Below, piece by piece: positions 9,653-17,696 of a DNA stretch of 21,157 nt (position 1 is its first letter; each line of letters begins with the position of its first letter). The DNA comes from a virus. The DNA is taken from the UHGV virus genome UHGV-0323647. One strand, written 5' to 3'. The position numbers and the translations under genes are program-made. The notes under the pieces were generated by a model. The model did no database searches and was not told the origin of the DNA. It saw nothing but the letters and a program-made list of their open reading frames with translations.

Positions 9653-10500
9653 TGGCGGATTCGAATCTCAATGTGCCGGTAATCATCCAAGCTACGCGGC
9701 TCGATACATCAGTTCTTCCACGCAATATCTTCTCGCAGTCATATCTGCTGTACGTTATCGCACAGGGTACTGATGTTGGTAACGTGGCGAACAAGGCCAA
9801 CGAGGCCGGACAGGGCGCTTATGATGCACAAGCCAGGAACGATGAGCAGGATGTGATTCTGGTCGATCACGAAATTCGACTGGCATCGGCTGAAGCGAAG
9901 ATTCAGGACCACGAAACAAGGATCACTAACGCAGAAGCGGCGATAGTCGGCCTTGATTCACGATTAACGACAGCAGAAAACGATATTGATTACCTGACTG
10001 ATGAAGTTGTCGCCATTCAAAACACGCTTTCCGACCATGAAACGCGCATCGATGCTCTGGAGTATGCCACTACTCGCAAGAAGTCAGAGGTTGTTTACTC
10101 TGGTGTATCTGTAACCATCCCGACAACGCCGACCAACCTTGTTAGCCTGCTGAAAACGCTCACGCCGTCATCCGGCTCGTTGACACCATTCTTCGACACC
10201 GTTAACAACAAGATGGTTGTGTTCAACGAGAACAAAACGCTGTTCTTCAAGCTGTCTATTGTCGGGGCGTGGCCCAGCGGAACCGCCAACAGGTCAATGC
10301 AGCTAACCTTTTCCGGCTCTGTTCCTGACACGTTGGTCAGCAGTCGTAATGCGGCGACAACAACCGACAACATCCTGTTAGCTACGTTCTTCAGCGTGGA
10401 TAAAGACGGCTTTCTTGCCACAAATGGCAGTACGTTAACCATTCAGTCGAATGGTGCGGCTTTTACTGCCACAACCATCAAGATAATCGCGGAGCAGTGA
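9652..10500 (+). CDS. tail needle / cell-envelope-penetrating protein (P22 gp26-like, with C-terminal knob as in Sf6-type needles)
   Basis: 282 aa. N-terminus [43 protein letters not shown] matches the gp26 hub-binding tip. Heptad-like coiled coil with repeated DHETRI. Start overlaps the gp10 stop (TAATG). Confidence 0.85.
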   Translation: MADSNLNVPVIIQATRLDTSVLPRNIFSQSYLLYVIAQGTDVGNVANKANEAGQGAYDAQARNDEQDVILVDHEIRLASAEAKIQDHETRITNAEAAIVGLDSRLTTAENDIDYLTDEVVAIQNTLSDHETRIDALEYATTRKKSEVVYSGVSVTIPTTPTNLVSLLKTLTPSSGSLTPFFDTVNNKMVVFNENKTLFFKLSIVGAWPSGTANRSMQLTFSGSVPDTLVSSRNAATTTDNILLATFFSVDKDGFLATNGSTLTIQSNGAAFTATTIKIIAEQ

Positions 10501-10955
10501 TGATTCAGTTCAAACCAACGCGAAACATCGACCTGATAGAAGCCGTGGGAAATCACCCAGACATTATCGCCGGGAGCAACAACGGTGATGGATACGACTA
10601 CAAACCTGATTGCCGTTACTTTGAGGTGAACGTGCACGGGCAGTTCGGCGGCATTGTTTACTATCAGGAGATTCAGCCGCTGACATTCGATTGCCACGCC
10701 ATGTACCTGCCAGAGATTCGCGGCTTCAGCAAGGAAATCGGGCTGGCGTTCTGGAGATACATTCTGACTAACACCACCGTTCAGTGCGTCACATCGTTCG
10801 CTGCACGCAAATTCCGCCACGGGCAGATTTACTGCGCAATGATTGGCCTTAAGCGTGTAGGAACCATCAAGAAATACTTCAAAGGCGTGGATGACGTGAC
10901 GTTTTACAGCGCCACACGCGAAGAACTAATCGACTTCCTGAATCACGGGAGATAG
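10500..10955 (+). CDS. gp14-like virion/ejection-associated protein
   Basis: ATG at 10500 overlapping the gp26 stop (TGATG), with GGAG 5 nt upstream. The ORF-track start at 10497 is a GTG. Position corresponds to P22 gene 14. Confidence 0.75.
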   Translation: MIQFKPTRNIDLIEAVGNHPDIIAGSNNGDGYDYKPDCRYFEVNVHGQFGGIVYYQEIQPLTFDCHAMYLPEIRGFSKEIGLAFWRYILTNTTVQCVTSFAARKFRHGQIYCAMIGLKRVGTIKKYFKGVDDVTFYSATREELIDFLNHGR

Positions 10956-10957
10956 CC

Positions 10958-11650
10958 ATGTTATATGCATTTAAACTGGGCAGAAAACTGCGCGGTGAGG
11001 AACCTTATTGCCCTGAAAAAGGCGGGAAAGGTGGCAGTTCTGATAAAAGCGCAAAGTATGCAGCAGAAGCTCAGAAGTATGCCGCAGACCTGCAAAATCA
11101 GCAGTGGCAGACGATCATGAAAAACCTTGCTCCGTTCACGCCTCTTGCGGAGCAGTATGTTAACCAGCTTCAGAACCTTTCCAGTCTAGAAGGTCAGGGG
11201 CAGGCACTTAATCAGTATTACAACTCTCAGCAGTATAAAGACCTTGCAGGTCAGGCTCGTTACCAGAGTCTTGCTGCTGCGGAGGCGACGGGTGGACTTG
11301 GTTCGACAGCCACAAGCAATCAACTGGCTACGATCGCGCCGACACTAGGTCAGTCTTGGTTATCAAATCAGATGAGCAATTACAACAATCTGGCAAACGT
11401 TGGGCTTGGTGCGCTGCAAGGTCAGGCAAACGCCGGGCAGACGTACGCCAACAACATGAGCAGCATTGCACAGCAAAGCGCAGCTCTTGCCGCTGCTAAT
11501 GCCAATAAACCATCAAGTCTTCAGACTGCAATTAGCGGTGGCACGTCTGGTGCGATTGCCGGTGCAGGTCTTGCCAGCCTTTTGGGAACATCAACACCTT
11601 GGGGCGCTGGAATTGGTGCTGGTATCGGATTGCTTGGCTCGTTGTTTTAA
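10958..11650 (+). CDS. ejection (internal virion) protein, gp7-like
   Basis: 230 aa. N-terminus MLYAFKLGRKLRGEEPYCPEKGGKGGSSDKSAKYAAEAQKY and Gly/Ala-rich hydrophobic C-terminus (...GAGIGAGIGLLGSLF) match P22 gp7 as I recall it. Confidence 0.75.
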   Translation: MLYAFKLGRKLRGEEPYCPEKGGKGGSSDKSAKYAAEAQKYAADLQNQQWQTIMKNLAPFTPLAEQYVNQLQNLSSLEGQGQALNQYYNSQQYKDLAGQARYQSLAAAEATGGLGSTATSNQLATIAPTLGQSWLSNQMSNYNNLANVGLGALQGQANAGQTYANNMSSIAQQSAALAAANANKPSSLQTAISGGTSGAIAGAGLASLLGTSTPWGAGIGAGIGLLGSLF

Positions 11651-11659
11651 GGGGTAATC

Positions 11660-12967
11660 ATGGCTACTTGGCAAGGAACAAACGGCGGATTGTTGGCTGG
11701 TATCGGCGGCGTCAACTCAAACGCTCCGAGCGTAAATGACATCGGCAATACGCTTCAGCTTATCAGGCAGAACAATGATATTGAGCGTTCAGGCGCTAAC
11801 AATGTTGGGCTGACTGCTTTGCAAGGTCTTCAGCAGGAAAAGCAGGCTCAGCGGCAGAAAGAATTTCAGCAGGCGTACGCTAATGCTTATGCGTCTGGTG
11901 ATCGCGGTGCTTTGCGTCAGTTGGCTACTCAATATCCAGACCAGATTGAATCCGTTCGTAAAGGCATGGGATTCATTGATGAAGATCAGCGTAATTCTAT
12001 CGGCACCTTAGCGGCTGGCGCACGCCTTGCGTCATCGTCTCCAGAAGCAATGCAATCATGGCTGCAAAACAACGCCAAGGAACTGACTCGCGTCGGTGTT
12101 GACCCTAATAACGTTGCTCAGATGTATCAGCAGAATCCTTCAGGATTTGGTGAGTTTGTTGATCACCTTGGAATGGCTGCGCTTGGTCCGATTGATTACT
12201 TCAATGTTCAGGATAAGATGGCAGATCGCCAGCTGACCATGCGCGGTCAGGATCTGAACTCGCAAACCGCCGCCCGGAATCAGGCAATCACAATGCGTGG
12301 GCAAGATATCCAGGCAAATTTAGGTCAGCAGCGCATTAATCTGGACGCAGAAACAAACCGCATTAACTACGAAAATAAGCGCCTTGACCGGATGCTATCA
12401 GCAGAAACTAACGACCTGAAGCGCCAGGAAATACAGAGCCGCATAGCAGCCAACAACCAGAAGTTGCAGCAGAAGCAGCAAGAGCTAAATGATGGCTACA
12501 AAGACGGCATCAACACTCTCACAACCAGCATGTTCACTCTGAACGATATCGTTAATTCTCCTGCACTTAAGAGCATTACAGGCTTACGTGGAGCAATCCC
12601 CAACGTTCCAGGCTCACAAGCTGCAGACACTCAGGCGCGACTTGATACCTTTAAATCCCAAGCATACCTGACAGCGGTTCAGGCCATGAAAGGACTTGGT
12701 GCACTTTCTGATGCCGAGGGCAAAAAGCTCGACCAGGCTGTTGGTTCGCTGCAGAACTCGCAGAGCGAGGAGTCCTTTCGTCGCAACGCTGGCGTCATCC
12801 TGAACACGCTCAACCAGAAGCGTAATGAGGCGGTTGGTAAGTACGTTCAGCAAAACGGTATCAAGCGAGTGGAAGCGCCTCAGGCTTCTATAGATTACCT
12901 GAAGCAGCACCCCGAGCTGTCAATCGACTTCATTAATCGCTACGGATATCTTCCATCTTTGGGGTAG
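11660..12967 (+). CDS. ejection (internal virion) protein, gp20-like
   Basis: 435 aa, Gln/Asn-rich low-complexity helical protein, second of three consecutive ejection-protein genes. GGGG upstream of the ATG. Confidence 0.7.
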   Translation: MATWQGTNGGLLAGIGGVNSNAPSVNDIGNTLQLIRQNNDIERSGANNVGLTALQGLQQEKQAQRQKEFQQAYANAYASGDRGALRQLATQYPDQIESVRKGMGFIDEDQRNSIGTLAAGARLASSSPEAMQSWLQNNAKELTRVGVDPNNVAQMYQQNPSGFGEFVDHLGMAALGPIDYFNVQDKMADRQLTMRGQDLNSQTAARNQAITMRGQDIQANLGQQRINLDAETNRINYENKRLDRMLSAETNDLKRQEIQSRIAANNQKLQQKQQELNDGYKDGINTLTTSMFTLNDIVNSPALKSITGLRGAIPNVPGSQAADTQARLDTFKSQAYLTAVQAMKGLGALSDAEGKKLDQAVGSLQNSQSEESFRRNAGVILNTLNQKRNEAVGKYVQQNGIKRVEAPQASIDYLKQHPELSIDFINRYGYLPSLG

Positions 12968-12970
12968 TAA

Positions 12971-15601
12971 ATGGCTAATTACCGTGATTTGTTAGAGCAG
13001 GCTGGCGCACGTTACGGTGTGCCAGAAGGGTTGATGACTGCACTGGGTGCCAAGGAGTCTTCTTACAACCCTGCAGCAGTAAGCTCCTCCGGGGCTGTAG
13101 GATTGACTCAGGTCATGCCTGGGACATGGCGTGATATGGGTTATACCGATGAGCAAATGCAAAACCCCGAATATCAGGCTGACGCTGGCGCGCGCTATCT
13201 GGCAAAGATGTACCAGCAGTTTGGTAACTGGCGTGACGCTCTTCAGGCTTATCACGACGGTCCCGGCAACGTTATGAAGGCAAAGCGTGGTGAATATACG
13301 CCAGGACCTGAAGGCCGCGGTTACGTTGATGATCGCTTTGCTCAATGGGCGGGTGACCCGGTGACAGACTCAACAGTCGAACAGCGCGCCACCTCTGCAA
13401 AGGTACATCCTCAGCAAGACCCTAACAACCCGTTTGCACAACTGGAAGTACAGTCATCCGAACAAGTATCGGCATCAGGTGTGCAGTCAGACCCAAATAA
13501 TCCATTTGCTCAGATTGAGCAGCAGGCAGCCAGTCAGCAGCCACCTCAACCCGTAAGTTCTGTCGCACCGAAACCTGTTCAGCAACAAACAGTTAATCAG
13601 GCCAATAATGAACCAGCACGTGAAGAACCATCATTGATGCAACAAGCTGGCGATTGGCTCACAGGTGGTCAAAGTGCAGGGCAAATTGCAGAGCAGGCTG
13701 GTCGTGGTCTGGTAAACATACCATTTGACGTATTGCAGGGTGGCGCAAGTCTGATTAATGCAATCAGCCAGGGGCTTGGTGGCCCCAAGGTTTTGGATGA
13801 TGTTTATCGTCCAGTAGATCGACCGACAGACCCCTACGCGCAAGCCGGTGAAACAATTGGCGGGTATCTCCTGCCAATTGGTACAGCGGCAAAAGCTGCT
13901 GGAGCGCCAGCAAAGCTCGCTGGAGATATCGGTTCCGCAGGAAACATGATTGCAGGTTCTCTTGCTGATGCTGCAAATCAGGAGGGCGACTTTGCACAAA
14001 ATGCTGCCATTAACGGTGGTATCAATATTGGTGCTCAAGGCGTTCTTTCAGGTGTCGGGCGCGTTATTGCGCCAAGGGTTTCACATGCTCTTGGTGGTGC
14101 AGCACTGAATTCTGCTAATGATGTTTCCAGGATGGCAAAGTCAGGTGCTGGGCGTCAGTCAATTGCCAGTCAGGCCGCTAATGTGTCCGAAGGTGTAGCA
14201 AAAGCGGCTGAGTCTGCTGGAATTGATATAAACGCATTAACACCAGGAATGCGATCTGGAAGTCGTGGAATTGCACAAGCCGAAGGCGCATTGGCATCAA
14301 CACCAGGAATTGTTCAGGACGCCCATCAGACAGCATTTAACGAAATATCATCAAAGTTAAGTCGAAACCTTGATGAATTTGGGGCCGCATCTGGAACGGC
14401 ATCAGAAAAAAGTGCGGCTATAAAACAAAGGATTCTTCAAAATCTTGATCAGATGAAGGATGCCGAGCGCGCGGCATGGGATGACGTGCGGTCAACAATG
14501 CCAAATCAAAAAGCAAGAATGCTAAATGGTAATGCCGTTATTCAGGCAGAGCGATCTGCTGGCATACCGCTTACTCCTGAAATGAAACAGTTTGTTCAGG
14601 CAAACAATCAAGGTGGAGTAACATTTGATGGCATGAAAGCATGGAGAGCGAAATTTGCTGATGCGGAGCAAAAATATAAGCGTAGCGGAGAGGCAAATGC
14701 GGCAAGGAGAGCAGGGGAAATACGCCGGGCAATTACTGATGATATGCGCACAATGGCGGAAAACGGCGGATTTCTTGATGACTGGCAGAAAGCTAATGAT
14801 CTGTCTAAAGCGAGGTTATCAGCACAAGAGAGTGCAGAGTCTGTTTTCGGGCGTGATTTGGCAACAGATGCACTGATTACGAATGGAGTAAAATCCCTTC
14901 AATCATCGTCAGCTAAAGGTCTTAATGGTCCTGCTGGGTTCCATTCTATGATCCGCGCGCTGCCAGAATCAGAGCGTGTTCCTGCTATATCATCAATGTT
15001 GCAAGATGCTATCTCGCATGGTGTACGTGGTGGCAAAGCTGATGCAGCAGGAATTAACCATATCGCAGGGATACTTACCCCACAAAATGTAAAAGCCATT
15101 AGCAGATATTCCTCAGATCTCGGAAGAATTGCTGATGCATATGGCACTCTTGCAAGAGCAGCAGTGAAACCTCAGCAGTATATTGAAAGAACAGGGAGAA
15201 CTGCCAATGTACTACGCGATCTGGATGCTGGTTTATCCAACGTCACATCAACAGTGTTAAATGCAATTGCCAACTCAACATCAGGTGCCATTGTTGGTGG
15301 AGCAGGAGGGGGCATTGCAGGCGCTGCCGCAGGTGCTTTAGTTGGCGCCGGGTTAAAAGGTGCTGTATCTAAAATTGCCACCACACGTAGTGGTCGGTAT
15401 GCGATAGAGAAAGCAGTTCAGGAAGCAACTAAAGCAGTAAGAGCAGGCGGAAGTAAAGAAGCATTAGCGGCGGCGGAACGCAGATTTATGGCAAATAAAG
15501 CTGCCGTAAAAGCGATACGTGATACAGTCGGAAACGAAGAGTTCAATCGCTTAGCGAGGGCTGGCATTGTAGCGTCGCTAAGCGGAATAGCACAGGAGTA
15601 A
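12971..15601 (+). CDS. ejection (internal virion) protein, gp16-position, with N-terminal lytic-transglycosylase (SLT)-like domain
   Basis: 876 aa. The N-terminal roughly 110 aa carry SLT-family motifs (GAKESSYNP with candidate catalytic Glu, [18 protein letters not shown]). The remainder is Ala/Gly/Gln-rich with a hydrophobic Gly-rich segment ([22 protein letters not shown]). Confidence 0.8.
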   Translation: MANYRDLLEQAGARYGVPEGLMTALGAKESSYNPAAVSSSGAVGLTQVMPGTWRDMGYTDEQMQNPEYQADAGARYLAKMYQQFGNWRDALQAYHDGPGNVMKAKRGEYTPGPEGRGYVDDRFAQWAGDPVTDSTVEQRATSAKVHPQQDPNNPFAQLEVQSSEQVSASGVQSDPNNPFAQIEQQAASQQPPQPVSSVAPKPVQQQTVNQANNEPAREEPSLMQQAGDWLTGGQSAGQIAEQAGRGLVNIPFDVLQGGASLINAISQGLGGPKVLDDVYRPVDRPTDPYAQAGETIGGYLLPIGTAAKAAGAPAKLAGDIGSAGNMIAGSLADAANQEGDFAQNAAINGGINIGAQGVLSGVGRVIAPRVSHALGGAALNSANDVSRMAKSGAGRQSIASQAANVSEGVAKAAESAGIDINALTPGMRSGSRGIAQAEGALASTPGIVQDAHQTAFNEISSKLSRNLDEFGAASGTASEKSAAIKQRILQNLDQMKDAERAAWDDVRSTMPNQKARMLNGNAVIQAERSAGIPLTPEMKQFVQANNQGGVTFDGMKAWRAKFADAEQKYKRSGEANAARRAGEIRRAITDDMRTMAENGGFLDDWQKANDLSKARLSAQESAESVFGRDLATDALITNGVKSLQSSSAKGLNGPAGFHSMIRALPESERVPAISSMLQDAISHGVRGGKADAAGINHIAGILTPQNVKAISRYSSDLGRIADAYGTLARAAVKPQQYIERTGRTANVLRDLDAGLSNVTSTVLNAIANSTSGAIVGGAGGGIAGAAAGALVGAGLKGAVSKIATTRSGRYAIEKAVQEATKAVRAGGSKEALAAAERRFMANKAAVKAIRDTVGNEEFNRLARAGIVASLSGIAQE

Positions 15602-15925
15602 TTAATCATCCATGGATGGATTGAGCTTATCTCGTGTTGATGTGGCGATTTGTCCTACATTTCTAAGCCAAGATTTCAAATCCTTGATATTGTCATTGAT
15701 TTCATGAATATCTTCTTTTTTTAATCTTTTAACATTATTTTCAATAATTTCAATGGATTGCTCAATATCAGATATAGTGAATGATAGTTTGTTCTTCTCA
15801 TCTTTTATTGAGTTTTTAAGTGCTTCGTTCTCAGTCTTGAGGTCAGATATCTTTTGTTTTAAAGATGCCAGTTGGTACTGAACCACAATGAGTGCGATAG
15901 CTATCACGATAACTGTTGTATACAC
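15602..15925 (-). CDS. small membrane-anchored coiled-coil protein (107 aa), unknown function; candidate exclusion/abortive-infection factor
   Basis: GTG start at 15925 preceded on the - strand by AAGGAGG (complement of 15931-15937) with a 5-nt spacer. N-terminal hydrophobic helix YTTVIVIAIALIVVQY, then a K/E-rich helical region. AT-rich. Stop codon directly abuts the gp16-like stop (convergent, zero spacer). Confidence 0.65.
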   Translation of the reverse strand: MYTTVIVIAIALIVVQYQLASLKQKISDLKTENEALKNSIKDEKNKLSFTISDIEQSIEIIENNVKRLKKEDIHEINDNIKDLKSWLRNVGQIATSTRDKLNPSMDD

Positions 15926-16216
15926 ACCAACCTCCTTAGTTTTGTGCAGGATACCAGATGATAATGTATTGGTGGAGTGGTGTGTGAAAACGTGTCAACG
16001 ACAAACCATCCACAACTTGGACGAATGATTTAGCAAAAAGTGCTATTTTTGGTGTTTAGTGTCATAGAAAAGTGAATAGCTCACTTTTCAACATTGCATG
16101 AAACTTGCAGGAAATGTGACATTACCTTATAGGTAACTTCGGCGAAAATGCAGTAAATGTGAAACGTAATGATTTAAACGTGTCGAGAAAGTGGTTGTAA
16201 GTTAGCCTCTGAAGGA

Positions 16217-16245
16217 TTGATGACAGCTTTGTTATGGTATTAAAT
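16217..16245 (+). promoter_or_regulatory. candidate sigma70 promoter for the Panacea-like operon (TTGATG, 15 bp spacer, extended -10 TGgTATTAA)
   Basis: TTGATG at 16217-16222 and TG-n-TATTAA at 16235-16243, in a 368-bp AT-rich divergent intergenic region. Identified by eye only; a perfect TTGACA at 16251-16256 lacks a good -10. Confidence 0.3.
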
Positions 16246-16299
16246 GCAACTTGACACAGTTGTATACATAGCTGCGGCTATCAAGATGGAGGTATGTTT

Positions 16300-16743
16300 A
16301 TGCTCACTTGTTTTGATGTCGCCGACTACTTCTTGGCGCATTGCGATGAAGAAAGTGGCGACATTATCTCTAACCTAAAAATTCAGAAGTTGACGTATTA
16401 TGCCCAAGGGTTTTCTCTGGTTCTTCTGGGTAAGCCGCTATTTAATGAGAAAATTGAAGCCTGGATGCATGGGCCAGTAGTTCCTGAATTGTATCGTAAA
16501 TATAGGGACTGTGGTAACGGAGCTTTACCTGCGCCAGAAAACTTTGACGCTAAAAAATTCAGTGAAGATGAAATTGAATTGCTGGATGAGGTGTATAAAG
16601 TTTATGGTCAGTTTTCTGCCTGGAAACTGCGCAATATGACTCACGAAGAGCAGCCATGGAAAGATGCTTACATTGAGGGTGCGGTTAGCCAAGAAATCAC
16701 ACTTGATTCTATGAAAGGTTTTTTCAAAACGTTAATTAACTGA
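16300..16743 (+). CDS. Panacea-domain (DUF4065, SocA/GepA-like) protein; putative antitoxin/immunity component
   Basis: Segment NLKIQKLTYYAQGFSLVLLGKPLFNEKIEAWMHGPVVPELYRKY matches the conserved core I associate with DUF4065/Panacea proteins. GGAGG at 16288-16292 sits 7 nt before ATG 16300; the ORF-track ATG 16294 is only 1 nt after the SD. Confidence 0.7.
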   Translation: MLTCFDVADYFLAHCDEESGDIISNLKIQKLTYYAQGFSLVLLGKPLFNEKIEAWMHGPVVPELYRKYRDCGNGALPAPENFDAKKFSEDEIELLDEVYKVYGQFSAWKLRNMTHEEQPWKDAYIEGAVSQEITLDSMKGFFKTLIN

Positions 16744-16748
16744 CGTGT

Positions 16749-17171
16749 ATGTCTAGAGTTAAGGGAAGAATAAAACAGAGGGATAAAGAGAGCTCTGCTA
16801 CTGTTGGCCTCTCTATCCATCACGAATCTCATGATGTAGACAAAAGTCCGCCTGTATTTTCTCTTAGATACCTACAAAAGGGGTATTGCCTAGATTGCTG
16901 CCAAAAGCATGAAAAGGCAGCATTTGCAGATAGGCTGTTCAGGTTAAGTCAGATGTCATGGGATGAGATACGAAAATCTGATAAACACGGGCTTGGGACG
17001 GAAAAAATTGCCAGAAACGCGATAAAGGCTCCGATTCCTAAGCATGTTACTCAAGATGTGGATTTCATTGCGTTCAGATTTTGCTCTAAGGCACCTATGG
17101 TTGGTTATAAGATAGGAGCCACTTTTTATGTCTTATGGCTCGACAGGGAGTTCAAGCTATACAAGCACTAA
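16749..17171 (+). CDS. hypothetical protein (140 aa) co-operonic with the Panacea-like gene; candidate toxin/effector partner
   Basis: ATG 5 nt after the upstream stop with no SD of its own, suggesting translational coupling. No recognised domain. Basic N-terminus, CLDCC cysteine cluster, C-terminal strand ...GATFYVLWLDREFKLYKH. Followed immediately by an intrinsic terminator. Confidence 0.6.
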   Translation: MSRVKGRIKQRDKESSATVGLSIHHESHDVDKSPPVFSLRYLQKGYCLDCCQKHEKAAFADRLFRLSQMSWDEIRKSDKHGLGTEKIARNAIKAPIPKHVTQDVDFIAFRFCSKAPMVGYKIGATFYVLWLDREFKLYKH

Positions 17172-17172
17172 T

Positions 17173-17198
17173 AAAACCCACCGTCAGGTGGGTTTTTT
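17173..17198. terminator. intrinsic terminator (potentially bidirectional) ending the Panacea-like operon
   Basis: AAAACCCACC-GTCA-GGTGGGTTTTTT: GC-rich 6-bp stem, tetraloop, T6 tract; A-tract on the 5' side gives a U-run on the other strand too. Confidence 0.75.
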
Positions 17199-17211
17199 AT
17201 AAGGAGCAATC

Positions 17212-17331
17212 ATGATTTACCCATCAAACAACCCACCAGTTTGCCTGATTGGATGCCAGCCTTGCAGTTTTTATGGAATTAATTATGCCATGCTCAAGAG
17301 CCTTGTTAGCATCCAAAATGGTCGAGTCTGA
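17212..17331 (+). CDS. questionable small ORF (39 aa) with strong RBS; may be the 5' part of a frameshifted/decayed gene
   Basis: AAGGAG at 17201-17206, 5-nt spacer, ATG 17212. Product [39 protein letters not shown]. Overlaps long open frames on both strands that lack credible starts. Confidence 0.25.
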   Translation: MIYPSNNPPVCLIGCQPCSFYGINYAMLKSLVSIQNGRV

Positions 17332-17614
17332 TATCAGGGATGCCCACCTAATATGGGTTCCGATGTCGATATTGAACGTCTCAACGAAGCGATCAAGATC
17401 GTTATCGAGGCATTTCCCGTACTCTCTCAATCTGGCATGGTCGGCGGCTGGGGAGGCAAAGCCCCATAATAGAGGATGTAACAGGAATCTTGATAATGGG
17501 TTTGCGAAACGTTCTGAGCCAGACGGACCAACGAATCTTTCCGCATGGATGAGACTTAAGAATAAAGAATTACCTCCTTCAGTTCATAACTACTGACAGA
17601 TAACCAACGCAACG

Positions 17615-17639
17615 ACCCAGCTTCGGCTGGGTTTTTTTA
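17615..17639 (+). terminator. strong rho-independent terminator upstream of the tailspike gene
   Basis: ACCCAGC-TTCG-GCTGGGT stem-loop followed by TTTTTTT; same architecture as the 17173-17198 terminator. Confidence 0.8.
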
Positions 17640-17696
17640 TGCCCAAAATTCACCGTAGCCATGCTGCGGCGATTCCTTGTATCTGGAGCAAATTAA

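Noticed and set aside
13631-14038. 135-aa and 77-aa minus-strand ORFs within the gp16-like gene
   Set aside because: Antisense to the 876-aa ejection protein gene; no independent support.
15984-16184. Short direct repeats (AAACGTGTC x2, AAATGTGA x2) and a CRP-like TGTGA half-site in the divergent intergenic region
   Set aside because: 8-9-mers recurring once within about 370 bp of AT-rich DNA are expected by chance; no full operator-like palindrome apart from one 5-bp-arm inverted repeat. Mentioned only as candidates.
16251-16279. Perfect TTGACA -35 hexamer upstream of the Panacea-like gene
   Set aside because: No acceptable -10 hexamer at 16-18 bp spacing (GCGGCT), so not called as the promoter; an alternative TTGATG/extended -10 upstream was preferred at low confidence.
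17224-17430. 68-aa minus-strand ORF as listed in the ORF track
   Set aside because: Its first codon is TTG with no SD. The frame is open further upstream to 17583 but contains no ATG/GTG/TTG, so it is not a credible intact gene. Kept only as part of the possible-remnant finding.
17249-17596. 115-aa plus-strand ORF as listed in the ORF track
   Set aside because: Begins at TTG immediately after an in-frame TGA; product is Ser/Arg/Leu-rich and unconvincing. Possibly the downstream part of a frameshifted gene, but not callable as a CDS.
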